Origin: Tubiluchus corallicola
Lineage: Eukaryota; Animalia; Priapulida
Direction: 5' to 3'
Assembly (NCBI GenBank): GCA_030141605.1
Contig: JAQGDQ010000311.1
Location: forward strand, 216,150 to 280,149
DNA: 64,000 nucleotides
This document shows, in pieces, positions 57,101 to 64,000 of the stretch. Position numbers and translations under genes: made by a program. The notes under the pieces were generated by a model. That model ran no database searches. It had not been told where the DNA came from and was given only the letters and a program-made list of their open reading frames with translations. How positions within the stretch are numbered: the stretch's first letter is position 1; every line of letters begins with the position of its first letter.

Positions 57101-60100
57101 AAACAACATATGTATATTACTTTAAATTCTTCAAATCCTAGTTTCCAACAATCTTATCTATACATGATTTACAATAAACAAACAACATATGTATATTACT
57201 TTAGATTCTTCAAATCCTAGTTTCCAACAATCTTATCTACACATAATTTACAATAAACAAACAACATATGTATATTACTTTAAATTCTGCAAATCCTAGT
57301 TTCCAACAATCTTATCTATACATGATTTACAATAAACAAACAACATATGTATATTACTTTAGATTCTTCAAATCCTAGTTTCCAACAATCTTATCTACAC
57401 ATAATTTACAATAAACAAACAACATATGTATATTACTTTAGATTCTTCAAATCCAAGTTTCCAACAATCTTATCTACACATAATTTACAATAAACAAACA
57501 ACATATGTATATTACTTTAGATTCTTCAAATCCTAGTTTCCAACAATCTTATCTATACATGATTTACAATAAACAAACAACATATGTATATTACTTTAAA
57601 TTCTGCAAATCCTAGTTTCCAACAATCTTATCTATACATGATTTACAATAAACAAACAACATATGTATATTACTTTAAATTCTGCAAATCCTAGTTTCCA
57701 ACAATCTTATCTATACATAATTTACAATAAACAAACAACATATGTATATTACTTTAGATTCTTCAAATCCTAGTTTTCAACAATCTTATCTACACATGAT
57801 TTACAATAAACAAACAAACACTGTACACTATTCCTTTTATAATTTTTATACGACACCTGCTAGTCACTTATTTAAAAAAAAGTGACTAAGACAATACGGA
57901 CAACGATGGCAGTGAATCTTGCTGCAAATGTAATAGAAGTAAGAAACTGAAAACCAAATGGATTTGCAAAGAATAAAGCAGTTCAACTTGCTTGCATGGC
58001 TGAGTCCACAAATTTAACAAATCTCAGGCCTATAGTGTTAATGAAGTTGACAGCAACTTAAAAAAAGCATACACAGGGCATCGATTAGCTTGTGAAAGCA
58101 TGTCTGTAAAGTTGTAAACACATTCAAAACTTAACGGTTAAAACAAGTAATACACAACAAACCTTCAAATGACTCAACGACAATACAGAGGTGCTACTAG
58201 CTTTTAAAAAAATCAGTAAATTCGACACAGTTTTCGAAAAGCACCAACCACCGACCAACACATCACTCAACAGAGTCAGTTCTTTGCCACAACACACTCG
58301 CTTACCACAACAACCAAAACCAAACGTTTATGAAAACAATAAACAGCACAGCTTTGTGTAAGTGAATGCGAGATGTTTATCGAGTTATTGCTGGCTGAAG
58401 TTTACGGAGCAGCTACTTGGCACACCGCATTGCCAAACGTGGCTTCCAATTCTGATGCTTAATTGCACCACATTTGAAAGAGAAATTATTGAGCCTATAA
58501 ACGAAAGTTAAAGCATGCAAGTTTATTGGGACAGCTGTACATTTAGAACACTAACTAAGGCCTGGCTGAATGAGCAGTAACGATAGTTTACAACCTGGGT
58601 TTAGGTGAGGAGGCAGGACTCGTTTGAGGCCTGGCTGAATGAGCAGTATCGATAGTTTACAACTTGGGTTTAGGTGAGGAAACAGGACTCGTTTACCTTA
58701 TATTTTTATTTCTTTCGAAGCCTAAATCATGTAAAATATTTGGATAGATCATTAGATACATTGTCTTTCAGCGAGAGGCCAGAGGGACTTTGACAGACGG
58801 AATTGCCCAGAATGTTTACTACAGTCACTCGACCATTAGCTTGACCATTAGGTTCAGTGTTGGCTAACTGTGGCAAAACGTGTATAATGACCCCTCTCAG
58901 CTATTCCCCTCAAATAAGTAAAATTATGGCATCCAATATTTTTGCAGTACATGCGGACACAAAAAATTGAGGAACCATCCATGGCCAACTTAAACTTGCA
59001 ACAGCAGTTCCAGAGGATGCAAAAAGTAGCTTACCTGACTTGCTACCTTAAGTAGAGCTAACCAAACGTATGTTAATGCCATTGAAAAACAGTTACAGTT
59101 AATTAGTTTAAAGACACCATCCAAACGTATGTTAATGCCACTGAAAAACAGTTACAGTTAATTAGTTTAAAGAGCCATCCAAACGTATGTTAATGACATT
59201 GAAGAGCGAAATATAGATTGGATTCACGAGAAACATGTCAGCAAACGCTGAGTTTTCCGACAGCATGATACTAGTACCCTTAGTTATAGATGCACATGTT
59301 TTTGTTCTGTGTATGTAGATAATGTATCAAATCATTACAATGTTTGTAGTTAAAGTGCAAGCGCTACAAAAAAGTTTGTTTAGAGATTGAATGAGCAAAC
59401 TCTTATTCATACAGACAGAATTAGCAAAATAATAATAAGGGGTTCATTATAACTTATAAAAGTCACACTTTCAGCTTCAACCTACGATGTATTAAAACAA
59501 GATATGCGACAAGTTTTTACGGTAGAATGATTTTGATTTGCTGACATGCAGTTCGGTTAATTTCTTTGGTGCCATATCAAATATGCCATCAACCTACCAT
59601 CAACCGTCAAAGCATTTCTGTTCACAGTAAAAGTTATTTAATGAGCATTGTCCTTGAATTTAAAATAGGCCTTCAAATAATAAAAAGTCAACTGGCCAGG
59701 ATTTGAATCACTTTACCTATAAAGCTAATACTTTGTTTTTGGAAAAAACTTTATCAAGATATTTTTTGATGGTTAAGTCAATTAGCCACATTGGAAACCT
59801 ATTAGAAATTAAACTTTTTATAGTATTGACTTCTTTATGAAATTTGTGATAGGTTGATGATATACAACCTATAGCTTGATGCTAGTACAAACATGCTGTA
59901 TGTATTAGAGTTTGAATAAGATTGCATTTGAACTGTTGTATATTATATTATATCTGAAATACATTATTTAATTTTGCAAACTTGTAACTTTACCGTGAAA
60001 CAACAAACAATGATGACCGCTCAGAAACTGAAGGAAACCTACTAGATCCCTTTGACAAATTTTAGCAAACGACCAAAATGTTTTGCCTCTAACGTAAAAA

Positions 60101-60980
60101 TCATAGCCTTGTTTATTACTTTCTGGCACATACAAATTACTAATAACAAAAATCTGAAGTTAAAGCAAAGTCGGCATGTATGGTATGCATGAATATCCCA
60201 TATTGCCCTATTGTCTTGAAATGTTTACGGATGCATTACAGTTTTGTGAAAACCCGCCTTTGTAAGAAAATGCGTGTGTCGAAGCATGTGTAATACAAAA
60301 GTGAATCAGCTTGTGCTCAATGTGCCATGTATCCAAAAAGAAACTGTGTATCCAACACACCATTTGTCCAAAAGTGTCTGTACGCAATGTTTCGCGTGTC
60401 TGAAAGAATCTGTGGCCAATGTGCCCCGTCCTGTGTGATCTAATCTTTCTCCCTGTTCTTTTTTTGTTCATTCATCCATTCCTTTTTTATTGGGTTCACA
60501 TGACAGTGGGCTTACACAAGCCTTTGCTTCTCTAACCCACTGCAGTACAATTATTCTTTTATGATAACGATAGTGTATGAAACATAATAATTTATTACAG
60601 TACGACGTAATAATTTTGATGTCACTGTGCATTTAACGTCATTATATTGTACTGAATGTGATAATAATAAAAACTTCAAACTTCATGTGAAACATCCATG
60701 TGCAATTTTAAGTATGTCCAATGTACTGTGTGTCTAAATGTTTAGGTGTCAAAGTGTGGCGAAATTGTGCCAAAAAAACCCAGCACCATTTTGCACAACT
60801 AACTACAAAATAACACGACTGTAACGTGTTTTTGTGCAAATGCTTGTAAAAAGAATTTGGTCTTACCCGAAAGACAACATCTTGTGAAGTGGTCTTCTTT
60901 GTGGCGCGGATATCAATGTGTCGCACGGAGCCGCTGACATCCGGGGTGATGTAGATACGCAGTTTATAAGCCTCCAACAT
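975..60980 (-). CDS. MYO9: Unconventional myosin class IX (RA, motor with loop-2 insert, 4 IQ, tail, C1); 33 coding exons in window, 3' end outside window
   Basis: Spliced translation gives P-loop GESGSGKT, switch [10 protein letters not shown], switch II DIFGFE, the class IX motif [32 protein letters not shown], four IQ motifs and a C1-like finger. All junctions are GT-AG and phase-compatible. Confidence 0.95.
1346..2330. repeat. Tandem array, 125-bp unit, about 8 copies
   Basis: ACAAAAGC(A/G)TCC recurs at 1346, 1471, 1596, 1721, 1846, 1971, 2096, 2221. Confidence 0.97.
2572..4570. repeat. Minisatellite, 32-bp unit, about 60 copies, containing the exon 32 end plus its 5' splice site
   Basis: Unit GAGCACTTATAAGAACACAGCGTGACTTACTC; the minus strand reads CTTATAAGTGCTCGA|GTAAGTCACG. 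Confidence 0.97.
4556..4696 (-). CDS. MYO9: MYO9 exon 32 (N-terminal part of the C1 zinc finger)
   Basis: [46 protein letters not shown] then GTAAGT. Confidence 0.88.
5060..5167 (-). CDS. MYO9: MYO9 exon 31 (tail, symmetric)
   Basis: [35 protein letters not shown]; phase 1-1. Confidence 0.78.
5474..5624 (-). CDS. MYO9: MYO9 exon 30 (tail)
   Basis: [19 protein letters not shown]...[14 protein letters not shown]; donor GTACCA is weak, so the 3' end is uncertain. Confidence 0.72.
6608..6911. repeat. Tandem triplication, ~100-bp unit, containing the exon 29 end plus its donor
   Basis: TAACCATTATCGTGTTA near 6694, 6794 and 6895. Confidence 0.93.
6899..7112 (-). CDS. MYO9: MYO9 exon 29 (tail)
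   Basis: [32 protein letters not shown]...[11 protein letters not shown] then GTTAGT; the next exon requires a phase-0 end. Confidence 0.78.
7251..7406 (-). CDS. MYO9: MYO9 exon 28 (tail, symmetric)
   Basis: [31 protein letters not shown]...KKLLE; phase 2-2. Confidence 0.82.
8773..8941 (-). CDS. MYO9: MYO9 exon 27 (tail)
   Basis: [21 protein letters not shown]...RQDSEE; phase 1-2. Confidence 0.82.
9685..10262. repeat. Minisatellite, 21-22 bp unit (TACTTGACCTTCAAGTGTATGT), about 26 copies
   Basis: Directly visible. Confidence 0.95.
10397..10558 (-). CDS. MYO9: MYO9 exon 26 (tail, symmetric)
   Basis: [34 protein letters not shown]...SSIID; CAG / GTAAGT; phase 1-1. Confidence 0.78.
10921..11008 (-). 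CDS. MYO9: MYO9 exon 25 (tail)
   Basis: [29 protein letters not shown]; phase 0-1 bridges the neighbouring exons. Confidence 0.78.
11157..11705 (+). mobile_element. Non-autonomous TIR element family A (TTAA target, AGG end; Kolobok-like)
   Basis: TTAA|AGGAAAACCGGATGATTGTGTAAAC ... GTCTAAACAATCGTCCGGCCTTCC; full-length inverted copy at 37724-38263. Confidence 0.85.
12074..12254 (-). CDS. MYO9: MYO9 exon 24 (charged helix after the neck); alternative acceptor at 12287
   Basis: [38 protein letters not shown]...DNRK; phase 2-0. Confidence 0.87.
13404..14253. mobile_element. Tc1/mariner (pogo/Tigger-like) non-autonomous element
   Basis: TA|CAGTAGGTGCCGATTAATAGAC ... GTCTAATAAACGGCACCTACTG|TA. 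Confidence 0.88.
14512..14690 (-). CDS. MYO9: MYO9 exon 23 (IQ2-4)
   Basis: KYVRRFLAQ...[11 protein letters not shown]...[11 protein letters not shown]. Confidence 0.93.
15295..15444 (-). CDS. MYO9: MYO9 exon 22 (converter end, IQ1)
   Basis: [50 protein letters not shown]. Confidence 0.95.
15884..16006 (-). CDS. MYO9: MYO9 exon 21 (converter)
   Basis: [13 protein letters not shown]...NYQLGSTK; AAG acceptor. Confidence 0.94.
17020..17130 (-). CDS. MYO9: MYO9 exon 20
   Basis: [37 protein letters not shown]. Confidence 0.97.
17825..17905 (-). CDS. MYO9: MYO9 exon 19
   Basis: [27 protein letters not shown]. Confidence 0.96.
18286..18770 (-). mobile_element. L2-clade LINE 3' remnant (decayed)
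   Basis: Minus strand [27 protein letters not shown] and [25 protein letters not shown], then TGTACAGCGCC and a (TTA)n tail. Confidence 0.85.
19264..19356 (-). CDS. MYO9: MYO9 exon 18 (end of loop 2)
   Basis: [31 protein letters not shown]. Confidence 0.92.
19487..19526 (-). CDS. MYO9: MYO9 exon 17, 40-nt microexon (loop 2)
   Basis: [13 protein letters not shown]; phase 2-0, required to restore the frame. Confidence 0.82.
20128..20658 (-). mobile_element. Tigger/pogo deletion derivative with a transposase N-terminal HTH remnant
   Basis: TA|CAGTGATACCTCGAGATACGA ... GTCGAGGTTCTACTG|TA; internal [38 protein letters not shown] resembles a CENP-B-N/psq-type HTH. Confidence 0.85.
21290..21454 (-). 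CDS. MYO9: MYO9 exon 16 (loop 2)
   Basis: [17 protein letters not shown]...[15 protein letters not shown]; phase 2-2. Confidence 0.82.
21958..22005 (-). CDS. MYO9: MYO9 exon 15, 48-nt symmetric microexon (loop 2)
   Basis: TTTTTGCTTTCCAG / GTAAGT; [15 protein letters not shown]; phase 2-2. Confidence 0.65.
22586..22652 (-). CDS. MYO9: MYO9 exon 14 (loop 2)
   Basis: [22 protein letters not shown]; phase 1-2; strong splice sites. Confidence 0.8.
23177..23275 (-). CDS. MYO9: MYO9 exon 13 (start of the class IX loop-2 insertion, calmodulin-binding segment)
   Basis: [32 protein letters not shown]. Confidence 0.95.
24194..24284 (-). CDS. MYO9: MYO9 exon 12
   Basis: [31 protein letters not shown]. 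Confidence 0.95.
25220..25822 (+). mobile_element. Non-autonomous TIR element family B (TTAA TSD; Kolobok-like)
   Basis: TTAA|AGCAAAACCAGAT...ATCCTGTCTTCCT|TTAA; second copy at 54636-55226. Confidence 0.82.
25855..26164. mobile_element. hAT-type MITE
   Basis: TIR CAGTGGTT(C/T)CCAAA; perfect 8-bp TSD CTTTAGTG. Confidence 0.9.
26548..27207. repeat. Tandem array, ~83-bp unit, about 8 copies
   Basis: Unit AAGTACAATAATAGCTTATATAAGAACAGAAGTG...CATACATTATT. Confidence 0.96.
27241..27382 (-). CDS. MYO9: MYO9 exon 11
   Basis: [17 protein letters not shown]...[15 protein letters not shown]. Confidence 0.96.
27809..28495. mobile_element. hAT-type MITE
   Basis: TIRs CGGGGATGGTACTGAAAC / GTTTCAGTAACAACCCTG; 8-bp TSD GGTGGAAC / GGTGAAAC with one mismatch. 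Confidence 0.8.
29124..29622. mobile_element. Tigger/pogo-like MITE
   Basis: TA|CAGTAGTACCTCTGTTCTCGA ... TTGAAAACGGAGGTATGACTG|TA. Confidence 0.8.
29967..30223 (-). CDS. MYO9: MYO9 exon 10 (switch II, relay helix)
   Basis: [48 protein letters not shown]...[10 protein letters not shown]. Confidence 0.97.
30702..31311. repeat. Minisatellite, 47-bp unit, about 13 copies
   Basis: TACTCTGCTTTAATATTAGTACAGCGAAACAATGTTCTACAATACAA. Confidence 0.96.
31387..31506 (-). CDS. MYO9: MYO9 exon 9
   Basis: [40 protein letters not shown]. Confidence 0.96.
32821..32910 (-). CDS. MYO9: MYO9 exon 8
   Basis: [30 protein letters not shown]. Confidence 0.93.
33467..34020. repeat. Tandem array, ~145-bp unit, about 4 diverged copies
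   Basis: TTCTCCTGAAAA...TTAGTTTAAACCC near 33469, 33625, 33768, 33913. Confidence 0.9.
34026..34109 (-). CDS. MYO9: MYO9 exon 7
   Basis: [28 protein letters not shown]; phase 0-0; fills the expected gap in the motor domain. Confidence 0.88.
34429..34486 (-). CDS. MYO9: MYO9 exon 6
   Basis: [19 protein letters not shown]. Confidence 0.95.
36030..36130 (-). CDS. MYO9: MYO9 exon 5
   Basis: [34 protein letters not shown]. Confidence 0.93.
36193..36854. mobile_element. Unclassified MITE with ~45-bp TIRs
   Basis: TGTGAGCTTGCAAACCAAAACCATCCGTAAGTCGGCA ... TGCCGACTTATGGATGATTTTGCTATGCCAAGCACACA. Confidence 0.75.
37724..38263 (-). mobile_element. Family A MITE, second copy in inverted orientation
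   Basis: Reverse-complement match to 11157-11705 along its length. Confidence 0.85.
39729..39941. repeat. Tandem triplication, 72-bp unit
   Basis: TGTTAAAAAACTATAAAAAATACAATTTGCATAC at 39731, 39803, 39875. Confidence 0.93.
40021..40183 (-). CDS. MYO9: MYO9 exon 4
   Basis: [32 protein letters not shown]...HYLNQ. Confidence 0.97.
42760..43115. mobile_element. MITE with CAGGGTTC termini and internal TTTCCCTGA/TTCCATGAC subrepeats, 22 bp from the exon 3 donor
   Basis: TA|CAGGGTTCCCA ... TGCGAACCCTG|TA. Confidence 0.8.
43138..43232 (-). CDS. MYO9: MYO9 exon 3 (switch I)
   Basis: [32 protein letters not shown]. Confidence 0.97.
46006..46592. mobile_element. Foldback-like element with long modular inverted arms
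   Basis: AGGTTTTACACGTCAAATGTAGAC ... GTCTACATTTGACATGTAAAACCT; arms built from ~20-bp TCAAATGT(A/G)GAC subrepeats. Confidence 0.78.
52035..52140 (+). repeat. Dispersed repeat fragment, also at about 63876-63990
   Basis: Shared TTAGTTTAAGCAG...AAGTCCACCAGTTACGTCATA...ATGGCGG.TACCAC. Confidence 0.7.
52981..53528. repeat. Tandem array, ~92-bp unit, about 6 copies
   Basis: ATGTGAAAAAAGGTTTATTTTTCTTCGAATAAG at 52981, 53073, 53165 and onward. Confidence 0.95.
54636..55226 (+). mobile_element. Family B MITE, second copy
   Basis: Colinear similarity to 25220-25822 with the same termini. Confidence 0.8.
55893..56597 (-). CDS. MYO9: MYO9 exon 2 (RA domain, motor N-terminus, P-loop)
   Basis: IARLLHL...[15 protein letters not shown]...[10 protein letters not shown]...GAGPVLE; TTTCAG / GTGAGT. 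Confidence 0.97.
56712..57818. repeat. Tandem array, 79-bp unit, about 14 copies
   Basis: TATGTATATTACTTTAGATTCTTCAAATCCTAG...AAACAAACAACA. Confidence 0.97.
58559..59200. repeat. Two small tandem duplications (~70 bp x2 at 58559-58694; ~59 bp x2.5 at 59061-59200)
   Basis: GGCCTGGCTGAATGAGCAGTA twice; CCAAACGTATGTTAATG three times. Confidence 0.85.
60430..60672 (+). repeat. Dispersed repeat (retroposon 3'-end-like); second direct copy at 62380-62625
   Basis: CCTGTGTGATCTAA...GGGTTCACATGACAGTGGGCTTA.ACAAGCCTTTGCTTCT...(AAT)n in both copies. Confidence 0.85.
60867..60980 (-). CDS. MYO9: MYO9 coding exon 1 (start of RA domain); exon probably begins at 61125 including 5'UTR
   Basis: [38 protein letters not shown] then GTAAGA; in-frame TAA upstream; TTTCAG acceptor at 61126. 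Confidence 0.85.
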
Positions 60981-61125
60981 GCTTGATGCCACAACATGTT
61001 ACATTCAGATGCTCGCCAGACTTCCTGCTAAACATGATTCAAACACAGGTGTGTGATTTGAGCTTGAGCACTTAACACTGGATACACTTCTCAGCACCAA
61101 ATCGTGTGCAGCAATCGGCTCATGT
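60981..61125 (-). promoter_or_regulatory. 5'UTR segment of MYO9 with four upstream AUGs
   Basis: uATG at 61123 (MSRLLHTIWC*), about 61035 (23 codons, overlaps main ATG), about 61004 (ATG-TAA), and 60997 (long overlapping ORF). Confidence 0.6.
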
Positions 61126-64000
61126 CTGAAATAATGTAAACAAAGACCTGACAACCAAATGTACGGTACAGTACAACTGAAATAAGCCGTAATGGCAAAA
61201 CAGGTTATGATTCATACACACAGGTTATGATCTGTTCACGTATGATCAGTACAAAAGGCATACCCACACGGGGGTGAGTGGTGGAACACTGCGGGTATAT
61301 GGAGCAATGAACTATAATCTATGGGCTATTATAATGGCAGCAACAAACCACGCGCAGAAATTTGAACAAAACACACTCGCCATTAATGCGCATACATTAT
61401 CGCATAAAATAATAAAATAAAACAAATTACTGTCATCATCAATCCAAGAGCTATCAAAGAGGACAAACAGAAGCACCCTCGGGGAGAAAACCAAGCGCCT
61501 ATTAATCAATAACTTTGAATCACATTGTCCCCAATTCACCAAAATTTCACATAATCCAAAGGTCAAAAGACGCTTTTATTTGAAGTGCAAAATTTACAAT
61601 CATGAATCAATATGAATCAGAACAACATTTGCAACAATTTGTCAATGTTAATTTTCCATACAGGAACTTCAGAGCTATGAGCACGTACAAGCAGATTAGC
61701 TAAACTCACTGACGATGATTTATGCTCTAAGTACCGTTTACAGAAACGCCTGATTCATAACATTCGAGTTTTAATGGCCTGTGAAGTTATTTTAATATAT
61801 ACTAATTGTAGAAGACCTTCAAATGTTAATAAGAGCTGACAGCGGGGTAACAGGTGATTTCGAATGGCCTTAAACTTCTGTGAGGCTTATGACCTGTCAT
61901 TCACGGTGCACAGTAAAAAACTTGTGCAAGTTCAAGTTTATTGGGCAAACCAGAACATGTTAAAGCAGCAATGCATACATCATAACAACTCAGCTTTAAT
62001 AGTTTTTACTGTTGTATTTCTTGACAAAAGCACACGCCGTTAAACATAATTTTCAGTACAATCAGCATCATAAACAACGTGATAAATAAAATTTATTACT
62101 ATTACTATTATTCCTCTACTCCATTGGCGGTGAACTATGTAAACTCAGTGCTGTAAAACTGTTATCAAATGTTAACAAAGACTATATAACAAGAAAACTA
62201 AACAAAAACTAGAAATACTAACAATAAATAACTTACTTAATAGTTATTCTACAAACAGTCATACCACAATCCTGGTATAGATTATGCAAAACAAGGCATC
62301 ATTGCTCAATCTTTAGAGCTGATGTCAACATAGCACAATCTATTATCTTTCTTCCTACCACTTCCATCCTTCTACTCTTCCTGTGTGATCTAACCTTTCT
62401 CCCAGTTCTTTTTTTTATTCACTCATCCATTCTTCTTTTATCGGGTTCACATGACAGTGGGCTTATACAAGCCTTTGCTTCTGTAGCCCACTGCAGTACA
62501 ATTATTCTTTTACGATAACGATAGTGTAACATAAAACATAGCAATCTAATACAGTAGATGTAATGATTTTGATGTCACTGTGTGCTTAATGTCATTATAT
62601 TGTACTGAATGTGTTAATAATAATAAACTAAAAAACCTTCTCGTACTTTTCTACATAAACAGCATTGCTAACACAAACTAATTAAAACAACTGATCACAA
62701 TTAAGTTACGCGGCGTTATTGCTGTACCTACTGTACTGATCCGTCAAATTTCTTACTGCTGACCTAGTCAAAAGTTAACACACAAATGATATAATGACTC
62801 TTCTCCATGAGCTGAATACTAAACTCTCGGCTTGTGACACGACAAAAACGTTTGGCACAGAACTTGTACAGCCGCGTATACTTACTAAACAACAAGACGC
62901 TCTAAACAACGCCTATTTAGCCAAGCGAAACTGAACTGAATGGCCAACGAAAACACGGTGCCGTGAACACTGAACTCAACGTGGAATTCTCACAAGGAAA
63001 CCGCCAGTGCATTTGAGTACACCTACTTCCCACATGCACTAGACTTCGGTCAAACAAACAGATTATTTCATATCTCTGCTAACCCCTTGAAACACGTTGT
63101 AAAGTTGCGGCTAGGCTGCCAATGTGCACAAAAGCTTTACAGCGCATGCCCAACTTTCTTAGATGCTTCGGGACACATTACAAGCGCGCCGCAAATATTC
63201 ATGTCATAACATATTTGCATTCCAACAAAAAACGCACTTTACTGAAATGTTATTAGACCAAGGTCTGACGCAAGTTGTAAACAAAATATGCAAGTGCTAT
63301 TACTAGCTGTAACTGTTGTATTGCAGCGCAACTAGAAAGGAAAACGGAATGTTATCAAGCCGTCAAAATTATTAAAATCTGTCAGGCTATCATCACTGCG
63401 TGTAGTTGTCCTAATGTTGGCTTACTGGTTTGGCTGAACGGTTTGCTACTCTGCACCTTCGCATTAAGTGGCGTTTATGCATCATGCGGATGCGGATGTG
63501 TTTTCACTGCGTTACAGCCTGCGAGTGCATTGAAAACAATATAAACAGATTTTATCTATCCGTAGCCGCAAAACGCATCCGCATGCTACAAAAACGCCAC
63601 TTTACGCAAATATTTTAAGCCAATGTAACCTGCTAACCTTGACGACAAGGTTCGACGCAACACTTAGTTGAATGCAGCACAAGCGCAAGATAATTCAAGG
63701 CATATTTCCTCAATTGGCAATGTAGAAATGTCCTCAATATGGCGTAAAGCTTGTTGAAGTCAAATGAAGAAAAACTGTGCACTGTCAACTTTCGTCAAAA
63801 GCATCAGTTTTTACAAACAATTACATAAATAGGATGTTTTCGCATGAAGGTTATACAAGCTGCATAAGTTTGGATTAGTTTAAGCAGTGTGCGTTTGTGG
63901 AAAGCCATGATGCGCTTACAAAAGGCCACGAAGTCCACCAGTTACGTCATATTTTCAAGCAAATGGCGGATACCACCGCGCCTGAAAATATATTTACAAC

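Noticed and set aside
62700-64000. Possible promoter or first non-coding exon of MYO9
   Set aside because: Slightly CpG-richer but partly repeat-derived; no defensible transcription start or donor identified.

Overview
AT-rich eukaryotic (probably invertebrate animal) genomic DNA. Almost all of the window is one intron-rich gene on the minus strand, a class IX unconventional myosin (MYO9). By hand I traced 33 GT-AG coding exons with compatible phases, from ATG at 60980 to an exon ending at 975 (4708 nt, about 1569 codons). They encode an N-terminal RA domain, a motor domain with the class IX loop-2 insertion, 4 IQ motifs, a charged helical and disordered tail, and a C1 zinc finger. The gene runs off the left edge, so the RhoGAP domain expected in class IX is not in the window. 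Introns hold non-autonomous DNA transposons (TTAA/Kolobok-like, hAT, Tc1/pogo, foldback-like), LINE 3' remnants and about ten mutually unrelated tandem arrays. Most arrays sit against splice sites. Two were built from the exon/intron junction itself, including a ~2 kb array of about 60 copies of a GTAAGT 5' splice site directly behind the C1-domain exon. The first coding exon has four upstream AUGs, one opening a spliced 137-codon overlapping alternative ORF. All coordinates, copy numbers and family assignments were read by eye; no searches were run.
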